A stretch of 64,000 nucleotides of DNA, taken from contig CBDCVR010000015.1 of the NCBI GenBank assembly GCA_965223155.1, positions 864,001-928,000 of the forward strand. Reading direction: 5' to 3'. The notes beneath the pieces were generated by a model. The model made no database searches. It worked only from the letters and a program-made list of their open reading frames with translations, and was not told the origin of the DNA. Shown piece by piece: positions 49,967-60,703 of this stretch (position 1 is its first letter; every line of letters begins with the position of its first letter). A program made the translations under genes and the position numbers. The DNA is from Candidatus Multivoradales bacterium. GTDB lineage: Bacteria; Acidobacteriota; Thermoanaerobaculia; Multivoradales; JAHEKO01.

Positions 49967-51280
49967 CTACGCGCGCTCAGCACCGGCGTCCCAGGCTTCG
50001 GCGGCCGCCCGGCCGCGCCCCACGTCGATCGTGGCAAGCGCCACGAGACCGATCAGGAAGAAGGCGCCGTTTACCAGAATGCCGGTCCGCTGGGATCCGG
50101 TGGCCGAGGAGATCGCGCCAAAAACAAATGGGCCGACAACATAGGCGGCTCGCAGGGCCAGGCCCCAGAAGCCGAAGAACTCCCCGCTCTTCGACACCGG
50201 CGAGAACAGGCCGACCAGGGCTCGGGACGCCGATTGGAGTGAGCCGATACCGAGGCCAGCGGCGGTCGCCACCACCCAGAACTGAGGCTGGGTCTGGCTG
50301 GCGAACGCACCGCCCGAGACCAGCAGCCAGAGAATCAGTGTCAGTACCAGGGTCCGCTTCGGACCCAGGCGATCCTGGATCCAACCGAAGACGATCGCCC
50401 CCAGGGCCGAGGTCACCTGGATGACGATAAAGAGGACGATGACGTCGGCGGCGCCGAAACCGATGGTGCGCTCGGCGTAGATCGCGGCGAACGCGATCAC
50501 CGAGGTCAGTCCACAGGTGTAGACGAAGAAGACCGCGAGGAAGCGGGCGAGCTCCGAGAACTCGGACAGGGACCGCCAGGTCGCCGCCAGCCGCCGGAAG
50601 CCCTCCCGGGCATAGGCTCCGAACGACGCCTCCCGCCTTCGCGGCGCCCGTTCCCGCAACACGGCAAAGGTGGGCAACGCGCCCAGAAAGAAGAAGGCCG
50701 CGGTCACAAGCCAGGCCAGCCGCAGGTTGGGCAGATTGGCCTCGGTGAAGCCGCCGGTCAGAAGCGGTTTGACCAGCAGCAAGCTGCCCAGCCCGCCGAG
50801 ATAGCCAAGCCCCCAGCCGAAGCCCGAGATCCGGCCGATGTTGCCCGCATTCGAGATCTCGGGCAGGAACCCTCCCGCCAGGGTTTCGCCGAAGGCATAG
50901 GCGACGTTCGAGAGGATGAAGAGAGCGAGGCCCAGAACGAGCGCTCCCGGCAAGACAAAGTAGAGCGCCGCCGTTCCCAGAACGCACAGAATCCACATCC
51001 AGGCCATCAGGTACTTCTTGCGTCCCGAGCCGTCGGCCACGGCGCCCAGAACGGGCGCCACGCCCAGAACGATCAGGTTGCTGGCCAGAACCCCCGTTCC
51101 CCACCAGAAATCCGCGCTCTCACCCGGCGCCACCATCTTGGTGAAGTAGATCGAGTAGGCAACGGTGACGATCACCGTCGTATAGGCCGAGTTGGCGAAG
51201 TCGAACATCGCCCAGGAGACGATCTCCCGCTTCGCGACCGGTATCGAGGCCGCCGGCTCCGCCAGGGTTGTGCCCGACAT
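49967..51280 (-). CDS. MFS transporter (ATG22/UMF1-like)
   Basis: SWAMFDFANSAY, GRISGFGWGLGYLGG, SGEFFGFW. Confidence 0.9.
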   Translation of the reverse strand: MSGTTLAEPAASIPVAKREIVSWAMFDFANSAYTTVIVTVAYSIYFTKMVAPGESADFWWGTGVLASNLIVLGVAPVLGAVADGSGRKKYLMAWMWILCVLGTAALYFVLPGALVLGLALFILSNVAYAFGETLAGGFLPEISNAGNIGRISGFGWGLGYLGGLGSLLLVKPLLTGGFTEANLPNLRLAWLVTAAFFFLGALPTFAVLRERAPRRREASFGAYAREGFRRLAATWRSLSEFSELARFLAVFFVYTCGLTSVIAFAAIYAERTIGFGAADVIVLFIVIQVTSALGAIVFGWIQDRLGPKRTLVLTLILWLLVSGGAFASQTQPQFWVVATAAGLGIGSLQSASRALVGLFSPVSKSGEFFGFWGLALRAAYVVGPFVFGAISSATGSQRTGILVNGAFFLIGLVALATIDVGRGRAAAEAWDAGAERA

Positions 51281-51347
51281 CGGCCGAGTCTACCCGCGCC
51301 GTTCCGCTTTGAGGCTTTCCCGCCGGCAGTAGTACTCTCCCGGAGGC

Positions 51348-52271
51348 ATGAGCAAGACGCCCGCGTTCCATGTCGAGGTGTTGGACCTCGAGTTCCAGAG
51401 GACGCCGGGACTGATCGCCTCGTTTCTGATCTTCGCTCCCAACGGGCACTTCCTGATCGAGACCGGCCCTGACTCGTGCCGCGAGGCTCTTGTTGCCGGC
51501 CTCGAACGCCACGGCCTTACCCCCGAGGCCATCGACGCGGTCGTCCTGACCCACATTCACCTCGACCACGCCGGCGGCGCCGGCTGGTGGGCACGCCAAG
51601 GCACGACCGTCTACGTCCACGAGATCGGTGCCCGGCACCTGATCGATCCATCGAAGCTCCTCGCCAGCGCGACGCGCATCTACGGCGAGCGCATGAAGCC
51701 TCTCTGGGGCGAGATCCTGGCGGCTCCCGCGTCCCGGGTCGAAGCGCTCGAAGACGGCGACCGCTTCGAAGTCGGGGGGCTCCCGGTCGAAGCGCTCTAC
51801 ACTCCAGGCCACGCCCGCCACCATATAGCCTACCGGATCTGCGACGTCGCCTTCGTGGGTGACAGCCTGGGAATCCGGGGCGGCACGATTCCATGGCTCG
51901 ACCTGCCGGCACCGCCTCCCGAGTTCGATCGCGAGCTGTGGCAGACGAGCCTCGAGCGCCTGCGCTCGGAAGACCTGGCCTTGATCTACCGGACTCACTT
52001 CGGACCACGCTCGGACGTTGCCGAGGAGATCGATCGCATCGAGGGCTTGATCGAGCGATCGACCCGGACGATTCGCGAGCTGGTGGAAGCGGGCCGCGGC
52101 CGGGCAGCGATCATCGAGCATTTCGGCCGGTGGATGGTCGACGACATCGTCGCCCGTGGCCACGAGCGCGCCCTGGTCGAGCGCGAGGTCAAGCTCAATC
52201 CCCGCTACATGTCAGTGGACGGCATCCTGCGCTACTGGGCGAAGCGAGGCGTGGGGCCTCCGGGCGCCTAG
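51348..52271 (+). CDS. MBL-fold metallo-hydrolase
   Basis: THIHLDHAGG, TPGHARHH, GD, THFG. Confidence 0.92.
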   Translation: MSKTPAFHVEVLDLEFQRTPGLIASFLIFAPNGHFLIETGPDSCREALVAGLERHGLTPEAIDAVVLTHIHLDHAGGAGWWARQGTTVYVHEIGARHLIDPSKLLASATRIYGERMKPLWGEILAAPASRVEALEDGDRFEVGGLPVEALYTPGHARHHIAYRICDVAFVGDSLGIRGGTIPWLDLPAPPPEFDRELWQTSLERLRSEDLALIYRTHFGPRSDVAEEIDRIEGLIERSTRTIRELVEAGRGRAAIIEHFGRWMVDDIVARGHERALVEREVKLNPRYMSVDGILRYWAKRGVGPPGA

Positions 52272-52466
52272 CCGGGATCCCGGCAGGCCCTGCGGACGAG
52301 ACGGCAGGCCGGGAAACCCGGGGCAAGCCGGGAATTCTTGGCACGTCGCCCAGGCCCTGCCAGGCAACCTGGCCGCGCGGCTTGCGTACTAGAGGGGCAC
52401 TCACTCGTCTCGGAACCCCGGTGATCCGGGGAGCCGCCTCGCAATTTCTTAGCCTAGGAGAACTTC

Positions 52467-53615
52467 ATGAGAAAACCGTACCTCCTCGTAGCCCTGGCTC
52501 TTCTGGTCGCGGGCCCTCTGGCCTCGACCGCCGACGCTCAGCGACTGACCGTGCCGCCGCCCGGCGGCAACCAGCGATCGGTCGTCACCCAGTACATGGG
52601 CATGGTCTCGGTCACCGTCGACTACAACAGTCCGGACGTAACCAGCCCGGCCGGCGAGGACCGCACCGGCAAGATCTGGGGCCAGCTCGTGCCCTGGGGC
52701 ATCGCACCCAACCCGTTCTACCCCGGCTTCGGCAGCGCCGAGACCATGCCGTGGCGAGTGGGTGCCAACGAGAACACCACGATCGCCTTCTCTCACGACG
52801 TCGCGATCGAAGGCGAGCCCCTGGCCGCCGGCAAGTATGCGCTCTTCATGGCTCCGGGCGAGAACGAGTGGACGGTGATCTTCAATCGCAACACGTCGGC
52901 CTGGGGCAGCTTCTTCTACGACCCCGAGCTCGACGCCCTCCAGGTCTCGGTCAAGCCCGAGGCCACCGAGACTTTCAAAGAGTGGCTGACCTTCGAGTTT
53001 GAAGACCGTCAGCTCGATTCGGCCGTCGCGGTGATGCACTGGGAAAATCTCAGGGTTCCGTTTCAGATCTCGGTGCCCGGTTCCGCCGAGCTTTACCATC
53101 AGACGATCAGCGCCGAGCTGACCGGCGCCGTGGCGTTCACTTTCCAGAACCTCGTCGCCGCCTCGACTTGGGCCTCGCAGCAGGACGCCTATCATGAGGA
53201 TGCAATACGCTGGGCCGATGCCGCCATCGCCGCCAACACGGGCTGGCCGACGCTGTCCAACAAGGCTCAGGTCTTGAACCGCATCGGGCGCGCCGACGAA
53301 GCCATGGCGGCGCTCGAACAGGCGATGGACCATCCGACAGCCACACCGGTAGCCATTCACATGGCCGCCCGAGGCCTCCAGGCCCAGGGCCAGATGGAGG
53401 CCGCCAACGCCATCTTCCGCAAGAACTACGAGAAGCACTCCGGACAGTGGCCGGTCGACTTCGGGATGGCCCGTGTCTACTCGCAGGAGGGCGACTTCGA
53501 CAAGGCCCTCGAGCACGCCCGCATCGCCCTCGGCCGGGCGCCGGCGGGCCCTCAGATGCAGAACCTCGAGACCCAGATCGACCGCCTGGAAAAGGGCGAG
53601 AACATCAACCCCTAG
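52467..53615 (+). CDS. DUF2911-domain secreted protein with C-terminal TPR
   Basis: VDYNSP, IWGQLVPWG, WRVGANENT, AGKYAL; TPR-like helices. Confidence 0.87.
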   Translation: MRKPYLLVALALLVAGPLASTADAQRLTVPPPGGNQRSVVTQYMGMVSVTVDYNSPDVTSPAGEDRTGKIWGQLVPWGIAPNPFYPGFGSAETMPWRVGANENTTIAFSHDVAIEGEPLAAGKYALFMAPGENEWTVIFNRNTSAWGSFFYDPELDALQVSVKPEATETFKEWLTFEFEDRQLDSAVAVMHWENLRVPFQISVPGSAELYHQTISAELTGAVAFTFQNLVAASTWASQQDAYHEDAIRWADAAIAANTGWPTLSNKAQVLNRIGRADEAMAALEQAMDHPTATPVAIHMAARGLQAQGQMEAANAIFRKNYEKHSGQWPVDFGMARVYSQEGDFDKALEHARIALGRAPAGPQMQNLETQIDRLEKGENINP

Positions 53616-53752
53616 CGAGTCTTTGTTCCCGATCGACTGCGGTCCGAGCCGGAACCGGGCCCGAGACCGAAATCGAACGGCAACAACGTGCCTCCGGCCG
53701 CCGAGGGGCCGAGCCGCCGGTCCTGCTTCCACAGCCGGGCCGCGCTCCTGGT

Positions 53753-55624
53753 TCAGCCGTCCAAGTACCCGAGTGCTTCCAAGAGCTGCCGGTCGCGCCG
53801 GCTAGGAGTACCCGGCTGCCCGGCATCCTCAGCGGTCCCGTCGGCCTTGACCCGCCTTTCCGCGAGCCAAGCTTCCAGCAACCGGTCGAAGTCGGCCGCC
53901 AGATCCGGCCGGGTCTCCACCAGGTTGACCGTCTGTTCCGGATCGCGGGCGAGGTCGTGCAGGTGTCCGCCCGCTGCCTGACCGGCCGGTCCGTTCGACG
54001 CCACATAGAGGTACTTGCGGCTCCGAACCATCGTGCCCATTCCGTTCATGTGCTCGGCAAAGACGAGCCGGCGGCCCGATTGGGGTGCCGTGGTCCACGT
54101 GGCCAAATCCCTGCTGTCCGTCGGCGGCCCGTCTACCCCGGTCGCCGCCAGCACGGTTGCGAAGACGTCCAGCGTCTGCGCCAAGCCCTCGAGACGCCGG
54201 CCCGCCCGCACTCGGCCGGGCCAGCGAACCAGCAGCGGAACGTGGGTCGTCGTGTCCCAGAGCCCAGCGTGGTTGAACAGGAGCCCATGCTCGGTCAGGT
54301 TCTCGCCATGGTCGGACACCACGACGAGCAAGGTGTCCTGGAGCATTCGCCAGCTTCGGAGAAACCCGACGAGCCGGTCGATCTGCCGGTCGAGATAGGC
54401 GACCTCACCGGAATAGAGCGCCTCGTGGCCGCCTAGGCCCGGCAGCCGAAAAGACACCGGCCCGGGTTCCCGAAACGGCTTCCAGGGTGCCGCGGGCGAA
54501 AGACCCGAGGCGTGCTCGTGGGCAAACCCGAGGGCGTAGTTCTCGGGCGGCGTGTGGGGAACGTGTGGATCGTAGAGGTGAAGCCACAAGAACCAGGGCC
54601 TATCTTGCTCGGCCAGCCACTCCAGGGCCAGGTCGGTCGACAGCTCGGCGCTCCGCAGCCGCTCCGGAACCAGGTAGTCCCCAAACCCCTGGTCGAGACC
54701 CGAGAATCGCCCGGCCAGGTGGCGCGCCGAGACGATGGCGTGAGTTGCGTACCCGGCCCGGCCCAGAAGCTCGGCCAGGGTCTCGTGGCGTCCGGCGAGC
54801 GGCGTTTCCAGATCGTAGATGCCGTGGTTCTTGCCGTAGAAGCCGGTCAAGATCGAGGCAAAGCTCGGGTTGGTGCCATTGAAGGTTGAATAGGCCCGGA
54901 GCCAGACGTCGCTCTCGCGACCAAGCTCGTCCAGAGCCGGGGTGACGCTGGGCTCGGCTCCATAGGCGCCCAGGGCGTCCGCCCTCAAGGCGTCGAGGCT
55001 CACCAGCAGGACGTTCGGAGCCGTGCCTTTGCGGCCTCGTAAGGCGCGGCCGAGCGGCCCGGGCTTGCCGAGCGCGGACCGAAAGTAGACCCCGGGGCTC
55101 CCCCACAGCGATTGCACCCTCCGGACCGGGCAATCCGCCACCGGTCCTTTCTTGGGCACTGACAGCGCCAACTGCATCGCGCGATCGGAGTAGGCGCCGA
55201 GATCCACGATTCGGTCCGCGGACGCAAACCAGGAGCTCCAGGTCACGGTTTGCTCGAACAGGCTGGTCCACTCGCCGCCGGTCTCCCGCGCCTCGACCCG
55301 GTAGGACACCGGGCACGAGGCGGTCCCGGGTACCAGCGGCCGGAAGCTCAAGTAGGGCTCGGATCCCAGCTCGAGCTCGAATTCGAGACGCTTGCCTTCG
55401 GGGATCCGCAACACGCGCAGATCTCCGGATGGAGCCTTGGTTCGCCGGCGCGGCGAGCCGTCCAGCTTGGCGCCGACCAGAGGCGCCAGCGAGCGCGCCC
55501 GCGGCGCGGAGGTCTCGCGCCACAGATCGATGCGAACCCAGCCTCCGGGCCCGGCCTCCGGGGCGCACGAAAGAGCCGGCAGGGTCAGCAAAACGGCGGC
55601 GCCGGCGACGAGGCCTTGCCTCAT
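53753..55624 (-). CDS. Sulfatase-like (alkaline phosphatase superfamily) lipoprotein
   Basis: LDALRAD, TNPSFASILTG, HLYDPH, SDHGE, HVPL, LEALGY. Confidence 0.87.
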   Translation of the reverse strand: MRQGLVAGAAVLLTLPALSCAPEAGPGGWVRIDLWRETSAPRARSLAPLVGAKLDGSPRRRTKAPSGDLRVLRIPEGKRLEFELELGSEPYLSFRPLVPGTASCPVSYRVEARETGGEWTSLFEQTVTWSSWFASADRIVDLGAYSDRAMQLALSVPKKGPVADCPVRRVQSLWGSPGVYFRSALGKPGPLGRALRGRKGTAPNVLLVSLDALRADALGAYGAEPSVTPALDELGRESDVWLRAYSTFNGTNPSFASILTGFYGKNHGIYDLETPLAGRHETLAELLGRAGYATHAIVSARHLAGRFSGLDQGFGDYLVPERLRSAELSTDLALEWLAEQDRPWFLWLHLYDPHVPHTPPENYALGFAHEHASGLSPAAPWKPFREPGPVSFRLPGLGGHEALYSGEVAYLDRQIDRLVGFLRSWRMLQDTLLVVVSDHGENLTEHGLLFNHAGLWDTTTHVPLLVRWPGRVRAGRRLEGLAQTLDVFATVLAATGVDGPPTDSRDLATWTTAPQSGRRLVFAEHMNGMGTMVRSRKYLYVASNGPAGQAAGGHLHDLARDPEQTVNLVETRPDLAADFDRLLEAWLAERRVKADGTAEDAGQPGTPSRRDRQLLEALGYLDG

Positions 55625-57024
55625 TCCGGCGCCGCGGCCGGTACGAGCTCTGGCAAGCGTCGGGCGATGCGCTCGGCCACGTACTCAAAGCCCCGGCGGT
55701 TGAAGTGACAACAGAGGTCTACGTAGAGCGGCTCTCGCACCCCCGCAAAGGCATCGGTCAAGTCTTCGAAAGCGACACCCGCGGCCGCCAGCTCGCGACC
55801 GGCTTCACGCAAGAGCGGATAGCCGTGCTCGGCGGACGGGCGAAACCCCTTCCCGGGCCCGGCGATGGCTCGCCGCTGTTCGTCGCGCGACAGCGGTTTG
55901 CTGCCGGCGAGATACTGATTCGGCTGGAGAGCGTGCAGGTAGACGATGCCGTTGGCTTCGCAAAGCCGGCGCATTTGCAGCGAGCCTTGCTTCCAGACCT
56001 CCACGCTGTCCGCGAGAACGCGATCCATCGATTCCGCTACGTAGCCGGGTCCTGACGCCTGCGCCCCGGTGGCCTTGACCGGCTGGACCGGCGAGGCCTC
56101 TAGGAAGCGACGCTCCCAGGACACCTCACGCTGGCGCCGCCGGACCTCGCCCAGCTCCCAGAACAACAGAGCGAGAGCGCTCCTGCCTAGCGGACTCGAC
56201 GCCAGCCGGGAGTGCCGTCGAAGTGCCCGCTCGCGGCTCTCCAGGATCCGTCCCAGAAGCTGAGCCTGGGTACGGTCCACGGACTTGGCCGCATACCATT
56301 GCCACGCCCTCGGGTAGAACGGATAAACGCCCGCCGCCACGTTCTCGGTCCAGGGCAGGGCGATTTCGTTGAAGCCATCCAGGTTGATCAAGTAGTCGAT
56401 CCGGTGCCCCAAGACTAGAAAGTAGTTGAGCACCATGAGTTGCTGCGGCTGCTTCATTCCGTCGAGCGCCAGGGAGACGAACCGGATCCGCTTGCCCGCG
56501 AAGCTCGCGTGTGCTTCGAGCGCTCGCAGGAAGTCCGGGTGGCGCAAGACGTGAAACCCGAAGCCCATGGCCACGGAGCCGCCCGTCATGGCCACGATCA
56601 CCTCGTCCTCGTCCGCAGTCACCGGGGGCGGTGCTCCGAAGAACCCAAACTCGTTGAGCTGGCCCCAGCCGAAGCCGGCCCGGAAGTCGGGATTCCCGGC
56701 AAAACCGAAGAACGGATGAAGCACTTTGCTCTGAATCCAGATCCCTCCAGACTCCTTGACCTCGAGCCGCTCGCCGCCGAGCTCGTCTACGTCGAAAGCT
56801 TCGCTGACCGGCTCCTCGAGCTCGGCTCGGACCTCGGCGAGGGCTCTGTGGGTCACGGGCCGGAACAACGCTCGTGCCGCCAGCTCGAGGCTCACCACGG
56901 TGACGAGCGCCACCCCCAGAACGGTCAGGATACGGGATGTTCGGAAGCTCAAGGGAGGGTAGGCGGCCCGGTCAGCGTTTCTGATTTCGGTCGTGGAGCG
57001 ACAGGCAACGCCTGTCGAGGACAC
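55621..57024 (-). CDS. Membrane-anchored SGNH-hydrolase-like protein; start uncertain
   Basis: N-terminal TM helix; GGSVA, LDGFNE, LQPNQY, YVDLCCHFN. Confidence 0.65.
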   Translation of the reverse strand: MSSTGVACRSTTEIRNADRAAYPPLSFRTSRILTVLGVALVTVVSLELAARALFRPVTHRALAEVRAELEEPVSEAFDVDELGGERLEVKESGGIWIQSKVLHPFFGFAGNPDFRAGFGWGQLNEFGFFGAPPPVTADEDEVIVAMTGGSVAMGFGFHVLRHPDFLRALEAHASFAGKRIRFVSLALDGMKQPQQLMVLNYFLVLGHRIDYLINLDGFNEIALPWTENVAAGVYPFYPRAWQWYAAKSVDRTQAQLLGRILESRERALRRHSRLASSPLGRSALALLFWELGEVRRRQREVSWERRFLEASPVQPVKATGAQASGPGYVAESMDRVLADSVEVWKQGSLQMRRLCEANGIVYLHALQPNQYLAGSKPLSRDEQRRAIAGPGKGFRPSAEHGYPLLREAGRELAAAGVAFEDLTDAFAGVREPLYVDLCCHFNRRGFEYVAERIARRLPELVPAAAPE

Positions 57025-57036
57025 TATGATAGCGGC

Positions 57037-58433
57037 GTGAACGGCTCGCTTCGGTGGCTTCGATCGTTCTTCCCCTCGATCGGCCTCGGCCTCTGGATCT
57101 TGCTTGCTGGCTGCGGAGGGAAGACGCCGGTTGACCGGATCGTCCTAGTCACCATCGACACTCTCCGAGCCGACCATCTGGGTAGCTACGGCTATCCCGT
57201 GCAGGTTTCTCCCTTCCTGGACCGCTTGGCTCGGGAGGGCATCCTCTTTGAGAACGCGATCAGTTCATCCTCGCATACCTCGCCGAGCCACGCCTCGATC
57301 ATGACGGGTGTCTATCCGAAGCAACACGGTGTGCTTCAGAATCTGGGCCGGCTTCCCGAGGACAGCTTCACCGTGGCCCGATATCTCCAGGATGCAGGCT
57401 TCGAGACAGCCGGCTTCGCAGCAGCCCCCTTTCTGCTCGGTATGGAGGCCGGCTTCGAACACTTCGCCGCGGCGGAGCGGGCCCAAGGCTGGAGTGAGGC
57501 ATCGACGATCGTCGAGCGGGCAACGCACTGGCTCGAGCAACTGCCTCGCGACAGTCGCTATTTCCTCTGGATCCACCTGTGGGAGCCGCATGAATGGCCG
57601 CGAACCCCCGCCGGGGACCAGGATGGACTCGCCCGCCAAGCGGAGGGGCTTAGCGACGAGGCGTTCCTCGAGTTTCTGCGAACCCAGCACGGCACCGACC
57701 CGTCTTGGCAGACCGAGGTCCGAACCCTCGCAGCGATCGACCGCTACGATGCCTTGATCGCGGAAGCCGACCGCGCCTTGGAGAGTCTCTACTCCGAGCT
57801 AGAACGCAAAGGTCACCTCGATCGCTCGCTGTGGATCGTTACCGCCGATCACGGCGAGGGCCTGGGCAGCCACGGACATGGCGGGCACGGCGAGCATCTC
57901 TATCAGGAACAGATTCACGTTCCTCTGATCTTCCACTGGGGTGATCGGCGGCACTCGGGCCGGCGAATCGATACGCTCATACGACACATCGATCTTTTTC
58001 CTACCGTCGCTGCCCTCGCCGGCCTTCCGCTCGACGGTCAAGGCTTCAGAGGGAAGGCCGGTCTTTCGTGCCGCTTTTCGAGCGTCGCTTCCTGGCCGGA
58101 ACGACGGAGATGGACGAGCGATTCGCCGTCAGCCAACGCCGGCCCGCAGACGCCAAGAGAATTGCTAGGGGCTGGCATCCGGGGGACGTGCTGTCGATCC
58201 AGAATCATCGGGCCAAGCTGATTCTCCGAACCGAGGGTCCGGACGAGTTCTACCTGCTCGACACCGACCCTCTGGAAGGGGACGATCGGGCCGAGCAGCC
58301 CTCGCGAGAGTCCTTGCAGCTCCGGCGCAAGCTTCTGGCCTTGAATGCCCGCATGCTGAGCGAAGCTCCTGAGCCGGCCTATCTGGACGGTTCCTTCCGA
58401 CCGCTGCTCCGTTCGCTGGGCTACATCCAGTAG
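57037..58433 (+). pseudogene. Sulfatase-like lipoprotein interrupted by a frameshift near 58050 (real mutation or sequencing error)
   Basis: IDTLRADHL, TSPSHASIMTG, ADHGE in the first frame; EGRSFVPLF...LRSLGYIQ in the second frame. Confidence 0.78.
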
Positions 58434-59260
58434 CTTGATTGCCGCCGCCGGGCGGGTCTCCAACCCAGCCGGGCCGCGGCCGGACCGCAGATCTCGCCAA
58501 ACGCCTGCTTGTGCTCGATGCTCCACTCCCGGGCATGGCGGCCGATCGCGCTCGCAACCACCGGACCCAGACTCGAGAAGATCGGGCAGCGGGCGTAGTC
58601 GGGCCCCGACAGGACCTCGGCAAACGTCTCGTCTTCTCGGCTGTACGAGACGCCAAGGGACTCGAAGAGCTCACCCAAGGTGGTCTCGGTCTGAAGGCAC
58701 AGATCCTCGTAGGACAACTCGTAGTCGACCAGATTCCGGATCGGCGCGAATCGTTCGGCCAGGTCGCGCCAGACGCCGCACGCCTCGCGGTACCCGCCGC
58801 GAAACCATCCCCTCTTGGCGATGCTCAGGGTCGTATCGCGCGGGTCCCGGGTGATGTGTACGATTCGGCTCTCGGGGAAGTCGCGCTTGATCGCGTCGAG
58901 GTGGACGAGATGCCTCGGCGTCTTTTCGATCCAAGTCTTTCCGGGCGAATACTTGCGCACGGCTTCGAAGAAGCTGCCGACGAAGGCTCGACGGTCCGGG
59001 CACCGCTCGGCCAGCTCGCGCAGATAGGGCATCGAGTACTCCGGGCAGTCGGCGACGAGCTCGGTCGCGCCGCTCCGAGCGAGGTCGCCCAACATGTACT
59101 TCTCGATGGCTTCGAACCAGGCGGGCGTCCGATAGTCTTCGACGTAGAAGTTGGTCTCGTGCGCGCCGAAGAACTGCGGGTGACTCCACAGAATGTTGCG
59201 CAAGAGCGTCGTTCCGGTCGACGGGAAGCCGACGAGGAAGATGGGAGGACAGCAGGTCAC
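58421..59260 (-). CDS. PAPS-dependent sulfotransferase (Sulfotransfer_3-like)
   Basis: IFLVGFPSTGTTLL, WIEKTP, HITRDPRD, YEDL; GTG start inferred. Confidence 0.87.
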   Translation of the reverse strand: MTCCPPIFLVGFPSTGTTLLRNILWSHPQFFGAHETNFYVEDYRTPAWFEAIEKYMLGDLARSGATELVADCPEYSMPYLRELAERCPDRRAFVGSFFEAVRKYSPGKTWIEKTPRHLVHLDAIKRDFPESRIVHITRDPRDTTLSIAKRGWFRGGYREACGVWRDLAERFAPIRNLVDYELSYEDLCLQTETTLGELFESLGVSYSREDETFAEVLSGPDYARCPIFSSLGPVVASAIGRHAREWSIEHKQAFGEICGPAAARLGWRPARRRQSSYWM

Positions 59261-59352
59261 TTGCGGCAGATATCTCGACAGGTCGCGGCGGAGGGAATCC
59301 CGAGCATACCGGGAACCCGCTGGCCGGGCTTCGGACTTCGAACCGAGCCTTG

Positions 59353-60696
59353 ATGCCCATCGCCCGACTCGTCGTCTTCGTCTTGCTCGCGAGCCTCTTC
59401 GCCGCAGCCTGCTCACGCCCGCGGCCTCAGGCTCCGGTGCGGCATCCCAATCTCGTCGTCGTCCTGGTTGACACCCTACGGGCCGACCACCTGGGGCTTT
59501 ACGGCTACTCTCGCGACACCAGCCCCGAGCTCGACCGCTTCGCTCAGGACGCGTTTGTCTTCGAACAAGCGACCAGCCAAGCCTCGTGCACGTTTCCGTC
59601 GGCAAACTCGATCCTCACGTCTCGCTCCCCGAGGCACTTCGTTGGCCAGCCCGACGGCGCAATGGGAATCCCCGACACCATCCATTCACTGGCCGAGATC
59701 CTCGAGCGGCAGGGCTACGCCACCGCTGCCGTCTCCGCCAGCCCCATCGTCCGCGCGACTCCCAGCCGCCACAATCCGCAAGGTGGCTTCGGGCGCGGCT
59801 TTTCGGTCTTCTCCGAGACCTGCCTCTGGAATCACGCCGGCTGTGTTACCGGTACTGCTCGGCAGCAGCTGGACTCGCTCGCCGAGCCGTTCTTCCTCTA
59901 CCTCCACTACATGGACCCCCACGATCCCTACAACCCTCCCGAAGAGCACGTCCGGCGGTTTCCCCGACCGTACTCGGGACCGGAGTTTGTCGCCGCCGGA
60001 GATCCCAATCCGATCGCCGAGATGCTCTTCGGCGACGGGCCCAAGCTCGAGCTCGGGCCGGAAGATCGGCAGCATCTGATCGATCTCTATGATGAGTCCA
60101 TCCGCTACTTCGATGGCCAGTGGGCTCGGTTCCTGGGAGCTCTCGAGGAGCGCGATCTCGCTGGAAGAACCGTCATCGCCCTCGTCTCCGACCACGGCGA
60201 AGAGTTCCTGGAGCACGGCAGCATCAAGCACTGCCGCACGTTGTTCGAGACCGAGATCCGGACCCCGATGCTTCTCCGAGTCCCGTGGGTGAAGGACGGT
60301 CGGAGGATCGAGCATCTGGCAGCCAACTTGGACCTCGTCCCTACCGTGCTCGACTACCTTGCACTCGGCGACGCCGATCTCGGTCTCGAAGGCCTCTCGC
60401 TGCGGCCGGCGATCGAAAGAAATGAGGCCGTCCGCCGGCACGCGACAAGCTGGCAAGCCTCCCGGCGGAGTGTGCGAGACGAGCGCTACAAGCTCATCTA
60501 CGAGCTGGGCCGCAAGCGAGGGGCCGCCTACGATCTCGACACGGACCCGCTTGAGACCCATGCTCTCGAGGAGGCTCCTCCGGGCGTCCTGGATAGGCTC
60601 TTTGAAGAGCTGTGGCGGCAGGACGGCGGTGCCACCGAGCTCGACGCCGGACGGAGCGCGATGGACCGGCTCCGAGCCCTGGGCTATCTCGAATAG
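59353..60696 (+). CDS. Sulfatase-like lipoprotein
   Basis: Lipobox AAAC; VDTLRADHL, TFPSANSILTS, HYMDPHDPY, SDHGEEF, LRALGY. Confidence 0.9.
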   Translation: MPIARLVVFVLLASLFAAACSRPRPQAPVRHPNLVVVLVDTLRADHLGLYGYSRDTSPELDRFAQDAFVFEQATSQASCTFPSANSILTSRSPRHFVGQPDGAMGIPDTIHSLAEILERQGYATAAVSASPIVRATPSRHNPQGGFGRGFSVFSETCLWNHAGCVTGTARQQLDSLAEPFFLYLHYMDPHDPYNPPEEHVRRFPRPYSGPEFVAAGDPNPIAEMLFGDGPKLELGPEDRQHLIDLYDESIRYFDGQWARFLGALEERDLAGRTVIALVSDHGEEFLEHGSIKHCRTLFETEIRTPMLLRVPWVKDGRRIEHLAANLDLVPTVLDYLALGDADLGLEGLSLRPAIERNEAVRRHATSWQASRRSVRDERYKLIYELGRKRGAAYDLDTDPLETHALEEAPPGVLDRLFEELWRQDGGATELDAGRSAMDRLRALGYLE

Positions 60697-60703
60697 GGAC
60701 AGG

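Noticed and set aside
52338-52386. TTGGCACG and TGGC..TTGC sigma54-like elements upstream of the DUF2911 gene
   Set aside because: The first lacks the -12 TTGC, and the second has spacing off by one.
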